A stretch of DNA of 60,990 nt, filler included, from Sandaracinaceae bacterium (lineage in GTDB: Bacteria > Myxococcota_A > Polyangia > Polyangiales > JADJQN01), in NCBI GenBank assembly GCA_947483975.1. It is 6 parts of 6 records of this genome, joined end to end, with 100 filler letters (N's around TTAATTAATTAA, not from the genome) between each part and the next. Parts side by side here need not be neighbours in the genome. Positions count along the whole stretch, not along the records: positions 30,672 to 40,762 come from CANKOL010000183.1; positions 40,863 to 50,891 come from CANKOL010000184.1; 4 more parts are not named here. One strand, given 5' to 3'. The position numbers were made by a program, and so were the translations under genes. Positions 38,220-47,567 of this stretch are shown here, piece by piece. Numbering within the stretch: the first letter of the stretch is position 1; each line of letters begins with the position of its first letter. Below the pieces are notes generated by a model. That model was not told the origin of the DNA. It did not search any database and saw only the letters and a list, made by a program, of their open reading frames with translations.

Positions 38220-39452
38220 ATGAACGTACCTGTCCGAAGCGGAAATCCCAGAACGAAGACTCTCCTCGTCGCCCTCGGCGCGGCGCTCGCGCTGTGCGGC
38301 TGTGAGTCGAAAGACCCACCGCTCACCTCCCTCGACGGGGGCCCCACGGACGGGGGAGCGGTCGACTTTGGGGGCTCCGATCTCGGCGCGGAGGACGCAG
38401 GGGCCACCGATGGCGGGGAGAGCGATGGCGGCGACCTCGACGCCGGACCCGCAGACGGCGGGATTCCCGCGTGCGTTCGCCCGTCGGACGACTACTTCCC
38501 GGACGTCGCGGCGCGCGACCGCGTGGCGTGGCCCGCGTGCATCTCTGATGATGGGGCGTACCACCCATATTCCACTGGCACGATCGCCGGTGTGACGCGC
38601 GCCGACCAATATCGGCAGATCATTGCGACACTCTTCGACGCCACGCGCGATCCCTCCGTCGCCGACTTCCTCGCGGCGCGGATGCTCTACGTCAACACGG
38701 CCGATCCGAACGCGGGTATCGCCATTCGCATCGGTCGGCGCGCCGACCTCCACTACGAGGCCTCCGTCCCCGCCGCGACGGACTGCACGGTGCCCGGCAT
38801 CGCCGCGATGTATCCGGACTACTGCGCGGGTCCTGCGAAGCTCGAGCCGTTGATCAACGACGCCTTCACGGCAGGCTCGACGGCAGGCACAGCGGATACG
38901 CGCGTCGCGGCGGCGACGGTCGAGGCTGGGCTCATGTGGTTCATGTACCTCTCTCCGCTGTCGGAGCTGCGCGGCTGCACGACGACCAAATCCAACTGTG
39001 ACTCGGCCTATGCGTATTACACGGGCGGCGCGATGCCCCGCGACGGCATCGGCCTGAGCGCCTATGTGCAGGCCGCCGACCCGCTCGCACACGACCGCGC
39101 TTGGGACGCCGTGCTCGCGCTGCGCTGCTGGCGCGACCTCGACTCCGCGGACCCCGCCACGAACCTCGCGCTGCGCGACAGGGCCTCTGCGCAGCTGGAC
39201 CGCGCCATGCTCGACGGCGTGGTGGCGGTGGTGCGCGCGCGCGCTCTGCGCGTCGGCGCGACGACTGGCAGTGAGCGGGCCGCGCACTGGGCGTTCGTGC
39301 GCACTCTCGGCGTCTTCCTCGACCGGGCGATGCGCGCCGCGGACGCGGGCGCAGCGGACGCGCTCGCTCTCGAGGTGGCCAAGACCGACGCAGCGACGGT
39401 CGACGTCGGCGCGCTCACTGGCGCGCTCGACGCCGTCTTCGTTTGCCCGTAG
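38220..39452 (+). CDS. Helical lipoprotein, FEA1/ISIP2a (low-iron-inducible periplasmic protein)-like
   Basis: AGGAG RBS at receptor stop; lipobox LCGC; acidic DGG linker; WFMY..E..C..CDSAYAYYTG resembles FEA1-type motif (family call tentative). Confidence 0.55.
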   Translation: MNVPVRSGNPRTKTLLVALGAALALCGCESKDPPLTSLDGGPTDGGAVDFGGSDLGAEDAGATDGGESDGGDLDAGPADGGIPACVRPSDDYFPDVAARDRVAWPACISDDGAYHPYSTGTIAGVTRADQYRQIIATLFDATRDPSVADFLAARMLYVNTADPNAGIAIRIGRRADLHYEASVPAATDCTVPGIAAMYPDYCAGPAKLEPLINDAFTAGSTAGTADTRVAAATVEAGLMWFMYLSPLSELRGCTTTKSNCDSAYAYYTGGAMPRDGIGLSAYVQAADPLAHDRAWDAVLALRCWRDLDSADPATNLALRDRASAQLDRAMLDGVVAVVRARALRVGATTGSERAAHWAFVRTLGVFLDRAMRAADAGAADALALEVAKTDAATVDVGALTGALDAVFVCP

Positions 39453-39473
39453 CGCGCGCAGGCGCCGGGCGCC

Positions 39474-40484
39474 TCAATGCTCGCCGAACGCCGCCGCTCG
39501 CTCGATGAGCGTGGCGTCGGCGATGCGTGACGCGACCCGCGCGCGCACCTGCCGACCGACCGCGCGCCACTCGTTGCGCTGCGAGTCGGTCGTCGTGACG
39601 AGCTCGATGCCGCGCGAGACGAGCGTCGTGATCGCCTGTTGTTCCGCCGCGCGGGAGTTGCGGCGTCCGAGCGCATGGAACTGCGCGCCCGTCTCAGTCA
39701 GCACGAGCCGCTCTTGCGCGCTCAGCGTCTGCCACGCGCGGTCGCCGATCACCGTCCCGCCGATGACGATCGCCATCGGGATATCCGTCATCGTGTGGGC
39801 GCGCCCCGACCACTGCAGCATCGTGGCGACCACCGGCGGCGCGAGGAAGGTGTCGATGCGCCCCGTCTGCAGCCCGCCGAGGACCTCCGCGAGAGACAGC
39901 GTGACGGGGGTCGTGTGTACGACGTCGAAGAACGCCGGCATGATGAGGTCGTCTGCGCGCCGCCAGAAACGCTTGCTGCCGAGGTCGCTGGGCGAGCGAA
40001 TCGGCGTCGAGGAGAAGATGCGCGCTTGTCCGACGTCGGCCCAGCCGAGCATGTGGAAGCCCGCCTGCACGATGCCCGCGTCGATCGTCGGGGAGAGCGC
40101 CGTGCGCGCCGCGTCGAGCTGCTCGTAGCGGAGGAACGTGCCGGGAAGCTGGAGCACGAGCGCGGGGCGATAGATCTGCGAGAGCCCGAGCGACGTCACG
40201 GTGCAGCCGTCGATTCGGCCGCCCCGGATCTTGCGGAGCAGCTCTGGCTCGTCGCCTTGAACGCCGCCCGCGTAGAAGCGGAATTGCAGCGATTGGTTCG
40301 TGCGCCGACGAAGCTCCCGGTTCCACGCGTCGAAGCCGCGCATCAGCGTCGAGCCAGGAGGCGCCACCGTCGCGATCGAGATCGACCGAGTCGCGGGCAC
40401 CTGCGCCGTGGTGTGGCTCTCAAGCGGCAGGGCGGCGAGGAGCAGAGCGAGGGCGAGGATGGCGACGGGGCCGAGACGCTTCAT
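39474..40484 (-). CDS. dctP: TRAP transporter substrate-binding protein DctP (TatP-like)
   Basis: Signal peptide; IATVAPPGS, YAGGVQGDE..RKIRGGRIDG, LQTGRID. Confidence 0.85.
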   Translation of the reverse strand: MKRLGPVAILALALLLAALPLESHTTAQVPATRSISIATVAPPGSTLMRGFDAWNRELRRRTNQSLQFRFYAGGVQGDEPELLRKIRGGRIDGCTVTSLGLSQIYRPALVLQLPGTFLRYEQLDAARTALSPTIDAGIVQAGFHMLGWADVGQARIFSSTPIRSPSDLGSKRFWRRADDLIMPAFFDVVHTTPVTLSLAEVLGGLQTGRIDTFLAPPVVATMLQWSGRAHTMTDIPMAIVIGGTVIGDRAWQTLSAQERLVLTETGAQFHALGRRNSRAAEQQAITTLVSRGIELVTTTDSQRNEWRAVGRQVRARVASRIADATLIERAAAFGEH

Positions 40485-40575
40485 CGCTCGACCGTAGCAG
40501 GCAACGCGCGCGAGCGATCGTTCGACCGCTGAAGGGCAGGACGTCCCGCCGACTCGAGCGCGAGAGCGCGCTGCG

Positions 40576-40762
40576 TCAGCGGAGGCGGATCGCGCCCTGG
40601 TAGATGGTCGAGCCGTCGAGCGCGGGCGGGTCGGGGAGCGGGCCCTCGAGGCAGCGCTCGAAGCGCGCGGCGCCTGCGCCTGCGCCGGGGCGGACACGCG
40701 CGACGATGCGCGCGGTCCCGCGCTGCCGACGAACGAGCACGTCGAAGTCACCCGTCGAGGTC
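40576..40762 (-). CDS. C-terminal fragment of unknown protein (...LDGSTIYQGAIRLR*), truncated
   Basis: Open minus frame from contig end to TGA at 40576. Confidence 0.4.
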
Positions 40763-40862
40763 NNNNNNNNNNNNNNNNNNNNNNNNNNNNNNNNNNNNNN
40801 NNNNNNTTAATTAATTAANNNNNNNNNNNNNNNNNNNNNNNNNNNNNNNNNNNNNNNNNNNN
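40763..40862. other. Artificial contig linker
   Basis: N44-TTAATTAATTAA-N44. Confidence 0.99.
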
Positions 40863-40863
40863 C

Positions 40864-42348
40864 GGCGGTCATCGGCGCCTGCGCGTGCTGCTCGCAGACG
40901 CGGACGCGAGCGTGCGCGCCGCCGCTGCGCGTGCCGCCGCCGACGTGAAGGACGCGCGCCTCGTCCCGCTGCTGCTGCCCCTGCTCGGCGACGCGAAGGC
41001 GTCCCGCGCGGCGACCGCTGCGCTCTCTGCGATCGGCCCGTCGGCGGTGCCCGCGATCGTCGCCGCGCTCGATGACGTATCCCTCTCACGCGCGACCCGC
41101 TTGATCTTGCCGCGCGTCCTCAAGGGCATCTCGGCCGAGTCTTCTTATGCGGCGCTGAGGGCCCGGCTCCCCGTGCAGGACTCGCACCTGCGCCTCCGGC
41201 TCTTTGGCGCGCTCGCGGGGCTGCGACAGTCGATGGGGCGCGCGCCGGAGCCGCTCGCAGCCATCCGTGAGTGGCTCGCCCGAGAGCTCGTGCACACCGG
41301 GCGCATGGTCGCGGGCTGGGAGGGGGCGCGGTCGCGCGCGACGTCGCCGCTGCTCGACGAGGCAGTCACGTTTCGTGCGGAGCGCGGTACCAAGCGGCTC
41401 CTGCGCATCCTCGAGCTGCGCTACGACGCAGCGCCGCTACGCCTCGTGCGGGAGCGGCTCTCCGATGGGCGGCGTCGCGCGAACGCGCTCGAGCTGGTCG
41501 ACACGCTCCTCGAGCCGGCGCTGCGTACGCTCGTGATGCCGTGGTTCGACGACGGACCGGTGCTCGAGCGCCTCGCGCGCTGCGGCGTCGCTCCCGGCAA
41601 CATCGCGCTGCCGGAGGCGTTCCTCTCGATGCAGTGTCGGCACCCGAACCCGTACGTCGGCGCGGTCGCGCTCGACGCGCTCTCGCGCTCGGCGAAGGAT
41701 CCCGTGCTGCGGGAGCTCGCGCTCGCCGAGGCTCGGCACGGGCTGCGCAGCCGCGAGCCGCTCGTCCGCGAGGCGGCCGTCTATGCGCTCCGCAGGTGTC
41801 AGGGGACGAGCGCGCTCGACCTCCCAGAGGGCGACGTCGATCCTGTCGTGGCGCGCGCGCTCCGGCTGGTGCGCGACGGACATAGCGAGGAGGATGCGGA
41901 CGTGTACTCGACGCTCGAGAAGCTCGTGCTGCTGCGCGCGAGCCCCGTGTTCAAGGGCATCCAAGGCGAGGACCTCGCGCCGCTCGCCCGCATCGCGGAG
42001 CACATGGCCGTCGCCCCGGGCGAGGCCGTGTTCGCCGAGCACGACACCGCCGACGCGCTCTACGTGATCATCCGCGGCCGCGTGAAGATCCACCGCGGCG
42101 ACGAGCAGCTCGCGTCGCTCGGGCCGGGCGAGCCCTTCGGCGAGATGGCCGCGCTCGACGGCTCTCCGCGGAGCGCGAGCGCGACGGCGACGGAGGACTC
42201 CGAGCTCCTGCGCATCGACAGCGACGAGTTCTACGAGGTGCTGCACGAGCAGGTCGAGCTCGCGGAGGGCATCATCCGCACGCTGATCGCCCGGCTGCGC
42301 CTCGCTGATTCCGCCGCGACGAGCGCGCGCGCGCCGCACGTGGTCTGA
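40864..42348 (+). CDS. HEAT-repeat + cyclic-nucleotide-binding domain protein (probably C-terminus of an Npt/TLC-HEAT-cNMP fusion), 5'-truncated
   Basis: HEAT-like [22 protein letters not shown]; cNMP GEPFGEMAALDGSPRSASATA. Confidence 0.8.
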   Translation, partial: GGHRRLRVLLADADASVRAAAARAAADVKDARLVPLLLPLLGDAKASRAATAALSAIGPSAVPAIVAALDDVSLSRATRLILPRVLKGISAESSYAALRARLPVQDSHLRLRLFGALAGLRQSMGRAPEPLAAIREWLARELVHTGRMVAGWEGARSRATSPLLDEAVTFRAERGTKRLLRILELRYDAAPLRLVRERLSDGRRRANALELVDTLLEPALRTLVMPWFDDGPVLERLARCGVAPGNIALPEAFLSMQCRHPNPYVGAVALDALSRSAKDPVLRELALAEARHGLRSREPLVREAAVYALRRCQGTSALDLPEGDVDPVVARALRLVRDGHSEEDADVYSTLEKLVLLRASPVFKGIQGEDLAPLARIAEHMAVAPGEAVFAEHDTADALYVIIRGRVKIHRGDEQLASLGPGEPFGEMAALDGSPRSASATATEDSELLRIDSDEFYEVLHEQVELAEGIIRTLIARLRLADSAATSARAPHVV

Positions 42349-42386
42349 CGCGTTCCCTGACGCCCATTCGAGGAAGGACGGCCCCC

Positions 42387-43880
42387 ATGTTCGAGTCTGC
42401 AGAGCTCGGTCACACCCTCGACAAGAAGACCTGGGACCGCAAGGTGCCGAAGCTGCGCGAGGCGCTGCTCGAGGCGCAGTACGACCTGCTCGAGCAGCGG
42501 CGCTGCTCGACCATCGTGCTCGTCGGCGGCGTCGATGGAGCGGGCAAGGGCGAGACGGTCAACCTGCTCAACGAGTGGATGGACCCGCGGCATGTGCAGA
42601 CGCACGCGCTCGCCGCGCCGACGGACGACGAGCAGCGCTACCCGCGCTGGAAGCGCTTCTGGAGCGCGCTCCCGCCGCGCGGCAAGGTCGGTATCTTCTT
42701 CGGCTCTTGGTACACGCTGCCGATCGTGCAGCGCGTCTATCGGCAGACGAAGGGCGCGGACCTCGACCAGTCGCTCGAGGAGATCGTGCGCTTCGAGCAG
42801 ATGCTCCATCAGGAGGGCGCGCTCCTCGTGAAGCTCTGGTTTCATCTGTCGAAGAAGGCGCAAGAGAAGCGCCTCGCCGCGCTCTCGTCGGACAAGCTCA
42901 CGCGCTGGCGCGTCACCGAGACCGACTGGAAGCACTTCGGGCTCTACGACCAGTTTCGTGAGGTGTCGGAGCGCTCGCTGCGCCGTACGAGCACCGCAGA
43001 CGCGCCGTGGAACGTGATCGAGGGGCTCGACGCGCGCTACCGCGGCTATACCGCGGGTTCGTTGCTGCTCGAGGCGATCCAGGGGCGCCTCGCCGCCGAC
43101 GCGGCACGCCAGAAGAGCCCGACGAGAGCGCCGAGCGGCGACTCGTTCGTGTCGAACACCGGCGCGGATCTGCTGCGCGCGCTGAAGGTCCCGCCGACCG
43201 TCGCGAAGAAGGCGTACGACGCGCGCTACGATGTGCTGCAGGCGCGCCTCAACAAGCTGAGCCGCAGGAAGGCGCTGAAGAAGCGCTCGCTGGTGCTCGT
43301 GTTCGAGGGGCCCGACGCGGCGGGCAAGGGCGGCGCGATCCGCCGCGTGACGCGCGCCCTCGACGCGCGCTTCTTCACCGTCAACCCCGTCGCGGCGCCG
43401 ACCGAAGAGGAGCGCGCGCAGCCGTATTTGTGGCGCTTCTGGCGCCGAATGCCGCCGCTCGGGCACGTGGGGATCTTCGACCGCAGCTGGTACGGGCGCG
43501 TGCTCGTCGAGCGCGTCGAGGGCTTCTGTCAGCCCGCCGACTGGCAGCGCGCGTATACCGAGCTCAACGACTTCGAAGAGCAGCTGACGCGGCACGGCGC
43601 CATCGTCGCGAAGTTCTGGCTGCACATCAGCAAAGACGAGCAGCTGCGCCGCTTCGAGCAGCGCAAGGCGACGGGCTTCAAGCGCTTCAAGATCACGCAG
43701 GAAGACTGGCGCAATCGGAAGAAGTGGGGCGACTACGAGGTCGCCGCCTGCGATATGTTCGAGCGCACCTCGAGCGAGCTCGCCCCGTGGACCATCGTGT
43801 CCGCGAACGACAAATACAACGCGCGCCTGCAGGTGCTCGAGACCATCTGCGACAGGCTGGAGGCGGCGCTCGACGTGTAG
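42387..43880 (+). CDS. pap: Polyphosphate:AMP phosphotransferase (two-domain PPK2, class II)
   Basis: MFESAELGH start; Walker A GVDGAGKG and GPDAAGKG; FDRSWYGRV; GAGGAAGG RBS. Confidence 0.93.
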   Translation: MFESAELGHTLDKKTWDRKVPKLREALLEAQYDLLEQRRCSTIVLVGGVDGAGKGETVNLLNEWMDPRHVQTHALAAPTDDEQRYPRWKRFWSALPPRGKVGIFFGSWYTLPIVQRVYRQTKGADLDQSLEEIVRFEQMLHQEGALLVKLWFHLSKKAQEKRLAALSSDKLTRWRVTETDWKHFGLYDQFREVSERSLRRTSTADAPWNVIEGLDARYRGYTAGSLLLEAIQGRLAADAARQKSPTRAPSGDSFVSNTGADLLRALKVPPTVAKKAYDARYDVLQARLNKLSRRKALKKRSLVLVFEGPDAAGKGGAIRRVTRALDARFFTVNPVAAPTEEERAQPYLWRFWRRMPPLGHVGIFDRSWYGRVLVERVEGFCQPADWQRAYTELNDFEEQLTRHGAIVAKFWLHISKDEQLRRFEQRKATGFKRFKITQEDWRNRKKWGDYEVAACDMFERTSSELAPWTIVSANDKYNARLQVLETICDRLEAALDV

Positions 43881-43935
43881 AAGCGGGGGGGCGCGGGATT
43901 TGACCGCCGGAGTCCGCGGCGCTCAAGGTCTGCCC

Positions 43936-44223
43936 GTGGCGACCGTCGTATTCGGGGATTTCGAGTGGGACAGCGGGAAGGCCGCCGCGAACCTGCAGAA
44001 ACATCACGTCTCGTTCGAGGAGGCGATCACCGCGCTCGCGGACCCGGCTGCACTCGAAGCCCCCGACCTCACGGTCCCCGAGCGGCACATCACGATCGGA
44101 CTCTCGGGCCTCCTGCGCGTACCCCTCGTCGTGCACACCGAGAACGTCAGCGCGAATCGGACGCGGATCATCAGCGCGCGCAGGGCGTCTGCCGCGCAGC
44201 GGAGGAAGTATGAAGAAGGCTGA
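43936..44223 (+). CDS. brnT: BrnT (DUF497) ribonuclease toxin
   Basis: FEWD..KAAANLQKHHVSFEEA..VVHT..RIISARRA. Confidence 0.88.
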   Translation: MATVVFGDFEWDSGKAAANLQKHHVSFEEAITALADPAALEAPDLTVPERHITIGLSGLLRVPLVVHTENVSANRTRIISARRASAAQRRKYEEG

Positions 44224-44449
44224 GCTCGCGCGGCTCCCGGAGGGCCATCTGGATCGCTACGACTGGTCCCGCGCCACGCGTGGGCGGCTAGCTGAGCGCG
44301 CGGCCAAGGCCTCCGCGCTGCTGCGCATGATCGAGCCGGACCTCGCCGAGCGTTTCCCCGACTCGCTCTCGGTCGACCGCGCCCTTCGCGCGCTGCTCGT
44401 GCTCGAGGACGCGCTTCCGCGGCGCCCGCGCAAGCGTCGCGCTGCCTAG
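44210..44449 (+). CDS. BrnA-like antitoxin
   Basis: Overlaps toxin; GGAGG RBS; YDWS.A.RG..IEPDLAERFPD..SVDRALRAL ribbon-helix-helix-like C-terminus. Confidence 0.72.
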   Translation: MKKAELARLPEGHLDRYDWSRATRGRLAERAAKASALLRMIEPDLAERFPDSLSVDRALRALLVLEDALPRRPRKRRAA

Positions 44450-44572
44450 GGCGGTCGCAACTCGACCTGCGGCGTCACGACGCGTGGGGTGCGCAACCAT
44501 GCTCGACGAGACGCGCACCCAGACTCGACGCGCTCCGGAGCGATTGTTCCAACAGGCGTCGTGTCCCGCCCG

Positions 44573-45778
44573 TCAGTCGACGGCGCGCGCGCTGATGGTC
44601 GTCGGCAGCTTGCGCATCGCCTCGGCGATGGCGTGGTGCGCGCGCGCGTCGAAGTCCATCACGAGGTAGCCGATGTCGGAGTTGGTCGAGAGCACCTGCG
44701 CGAGGATGTTCGCGTCGTGGTCGCTGACGATCTTGTTCACGTCGCGGAGCACGCCGGGCACGTTGTGGTGCACGTTGATCACGCGGTGCGTGCCGGCGGT
44801 CCGCGCGAGCTCGACGTGCGGGAAATTCACCGAGCCCGCCGTCGCGCCCTCCTTGAGGTACTTCGTCAGGGACGTCGCGACCTCGCGGCCGATCGACTCC
44901 TGCGCCTCGAGCGTCGAGCCGCCGATGTGCGGCGTCAGGAAGACGTTGGGCAGACCCTGGATCGGCGTCGTGAAGCCGTCGCTCGAGTTGGCCTCGGGCT
45001 CCTCCGGATAGACGTCGACGGCGGCGCCCGCGATGTGGCCGATCTTGATCGCGGCGGCGAGCGCGTCGAGGTCGACGACGGTGCCGCGCGAGAGGTTCAA
45101 GAGGCACGCGCCGCGCTTCATCTTCGCGAGCTCCGCGACGCCGATCAGGTTCTTGGTCTGCGGCGTCTCGGGCACGTGCAGCGTGACGAAGTCGGCCTGC
45201 GCGAGGAGCGCGTCGAGCGTCGGCGAGGGCTGGTTGTTGCCCATCGGCAGGCGCCCCGCGATGTCGTGGAAGATCACGCGCATCCCGAAGAACTCGGCGA
45301 TCACGCCGATCTGCCGGCCGATATGCCCGTAGCCGATCACGCCGAGCGTCTTGCCGCGCACCTCGTGGGCGCCCGTCGCGACCTTGCGCCAGAGGCCCTT
45401 GTGCATCTCGCTGTTGCGGTCGCCGATGTGCCGCGAGAGCACGACGATCTCGGCGAGGACGAGCTCCGCGACGCTGCGGGTGTTGGAGAAGGGCGCGTTG
45501 AAGACGCAGATCCCGCGCCGCATCGCGTGCTCGAGCGCGACCTGGTTCGTGCCGATGCAGAACGCGCCGATGGCGACGAGGTCCTTCGCGGCGTCGAGGA
45601 TGCGCGGCGTGACCTGCGTCTTGCTGCGGATGCCGAGCACCTGCACGCCCGCGAGCTTCGCGATGAGGTCGTCCTCCTTCAGGGACTTCTCGAGCAGCTC
45701 GACCTCGTAGCCCTCGCTGAGGAGCTGGCTCTGGGCGACGGTGTGGATGCTCTCGAGGAGGAGGAATTTCTCAGCCAT
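44573..45778 (-). CDS. serA: D-3-phosphoglycerate dehydrogenase (E. coli type with ACT domain)
   Basis: GIRSKT, GAFCIGTNQV, NAPFSNTRSVAE, GYGHIG, TPHIGGST, H.NVPGVL. Confidence 0.96.
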   Translation of the reverse strand: MAEKFLLLESIHTVAQSQLLSEGYEVELLEKSLKEDDLIAKLAGVQVLGIRSKTQVTPRILDAAKDLVAIGAFCIGTNQVALEHAMRRGICVFNAPFSNTRSVAELVLAEIVVLSRHIGDRNSEMHKGLWRKVATGAHEVRGKTLGVIGYGHIGRQIGVIAEFFGMRVIFHDIAGRLPMGNNQPSPTLDALLAQADFVTLHVPETPQTKNLIGVAELAKMKRGACLLNLSRGTVVDLDALAAAIKIGHIAGAAVDVYPEEPEANSSDGFTTPIQGLPNVFLTPHIGGSTLEAQESIGREVATSLTKYLKEGATAGSVNFPHVELARTAGTHRVINVHHNVPGVLRDVNKIVSDHDANILAQVLSTNSDIGYLVMDFDARAHHAIAEAMRKLPTTISARAVD

Positions 45779-45857
45779 GGGGGGCAAGGCGTACCCCCGC
45801 GAGGGGCTGAGTCAAGAGGCTCCAGCCCGCGCGCGTCGGCTGCTACCCTTCGCTCCC

Positions 45858-47567
45858 ATGACCCTCGTCACGCCGTTCAATCAGCCCGCTCCCGAGCTCG
45901 GCAATCAGTACGACGACGACCGCATCCTGCGCTCGCTCCTGATGCGTGTGCTCGGGCCCGACGTGCTCCGCACCATCGAGCCAGAGCTGCGCGACCTCGG
46001 CGAGCTCGCCGGCGGGTCGCTCTATCGCTGGCAGCTCGAGGACCGGCTCAACGACCCGAAGCTGACGAACTTCGCGCCTTGGGGCGAGCGCATCGACACG
46101 CTCGAGGTCTCGCCGCTGTGGCGTGAGGCGGAGCGCCTCGCCTCGACGCGCGGGCTCGTCGCGACGGCGTACGAGCGCAAGCACGGCGAGCTCTCGCGTA
46201 TTCATCAGTTCGCGCTCGTCTATCTCTTCGCGGCCTCGACGGATATCTACTCGTGTCCGCTCGCGATGACGGACGGCGCGGCGCGCACGCTCTCGCGCTC
46301 AGGCAACCAGCCGCTGATCGACCACGCGCTGCCGCACCTGCTCTCGCGCGATCCGAAGACGTTCTGGACGAGCGGGCAGTGGATGACCGAGGCGACCGGC
46401 GGCTCGGACGTCGGCACCTCGGAGACGGTCGCCGTGCCCGAGAGCGACGGCTCGTATCGCCTCCATGGCCGCAAGTGGTTCACGTCGGCGGTCGGCGCGC
46501 AGATGATCGTCACGCTCGCGCGCCCCGTCGGAAATGGGCCCGGCGGCTCGGGCCTGGCGATGTTCTATCTCGAGAAGCACGACGCGAGCGGGCGCGCGAA
46601 CGGGCTCGTCGTGCACCGCCTCAAGGAGAAGCTCGGCACGCGCAAGGTGCCGACCGCCGAGGTCACGCTCGAGGGCTCGCGCGCGCGGCTCGTGACGCCG
46701 GGCGTGACGACGCACGGCACGCGGCACATCGTCCCGATGTTGAGCGTGACGCGCACCTGGAACTCGGTCTGCGCGGTCGCGGGGATGCGCCGCGCGATCG
46801 CGCTCGCGCGGGACTTCGCGAAGAAGCGCACGGCGTTCGGCGCGCCGCTCTCGGAGAAGCCGCTGCACCTCGACACGCTCGCGACGATCGCGGCGGAGCA
46901 CGAGGCGGCGATGCAGCTGACGTTCCGCGTGATCGCGCTCTTCGGCAAGGACGAGGCGGGCACGATCACGGAGAGCGAGGCGCGGCTGCTCCGCGTGCTG
47001 ACGCCGGTGGTCAAGCTCATCACCGGCAAGCAGGCGCTCGTCGTCGCGAGCGAGGCGATCGAGGCGTTCGGCGGGCCGGGCTACGTCGAGGACACGGGGC
47101 TGCCGCTCTTGGTCCGCGACGCGCAGGTGCTCGCCATCTGGGAGGGCACGACGAACGTGCTCTCGCTCGACACGCTGCGCGCGCTCGGCAAGGACGGCGG
47201 CATGGAGAGCGTGCTCGCCGAGGTGAGGCGCGCGGGCGGCACGGCGCGGGACGCGCGGCTCGTCGAGGTCGCGCGCGCAGCAGAGCGCGCCGTCGTGCAT
47301 GCGGCGGAGTGGCTCGCGCGCACGCAGCGCGCCGGCTCGGTCGACGTGGTGGAGGCGGGCGCGCGGCGCTTCGCGATGACGCTCGGGCGCGCGCTCGAGG
47401 CGGCGCTGCTCGTCGAGCAGGCGCAGTGGTCGCTCGATCACGAGCACGACGCGCGCGCGACGGCGGCGGCGGTGCGCTTCACGCGCGCAGGGCTCGATCT
47501 CGTCTGCGAAGAGGACGATCGCGCGGAGTGCGCGGCGCTCGCGAACGACACGCCGCTCGCTAGCTGA
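45858..47567 (+). CDS. AidB-like acyl-CoA dehydrogenase
   Basis: CPLAMTDGA, GQWMTE..GGSDV, GRKWFTS, RLKEKLGT, GGPGYVED, IWEGTTN. Confidence 0.88.
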   Translation: MTLVTPFNQPAPELGNQYDDDRILRSLLMRVLGPDVLRTIEPELRDLGELAGGSLYRWQLEDRLNDPKLTNFAPWGERIDTLEVSPLWREAERLASTRGLVATAYERKHGELSRIHQFALVYLFAASTDIYSCPLAMTDGAARTLSRSGNQPLIDHALPHLLSRDPKTFWTSGQWMTEATGGSDVGTSETVAVPESDGSYRLHGRKWFTSAVGAQMIVTLARPVGNGPGGSGLAMFYLEKHDASGRANGLVVHRLKEKLGTRKVPTAEVTLEGSRARLVTPGVTTHGTRHIVPMLSVTRTWNSVCAVAGMRRAIALARDFAKKRTAFGAPLSEKPLHLDTLATIAAEHEAAMQLTFRVIALFGKDEAGTITESEARLLRVLTPVVKLITGKQALVVASEAIEAFGGPGYVEDTGLPLLVRDAQVLAIWEGTTNVLSLDTLRALGKDGGMESVLAEVRRAGGTARDARLVEVARAAERAVVHAAEWLARTQRAGSVDVVEAGARRFAMTLGRALEAALLVEQAQWSLDHEHDARATAAAVRFTRAGLDLVCEEDDRAECAALANDTPLAS

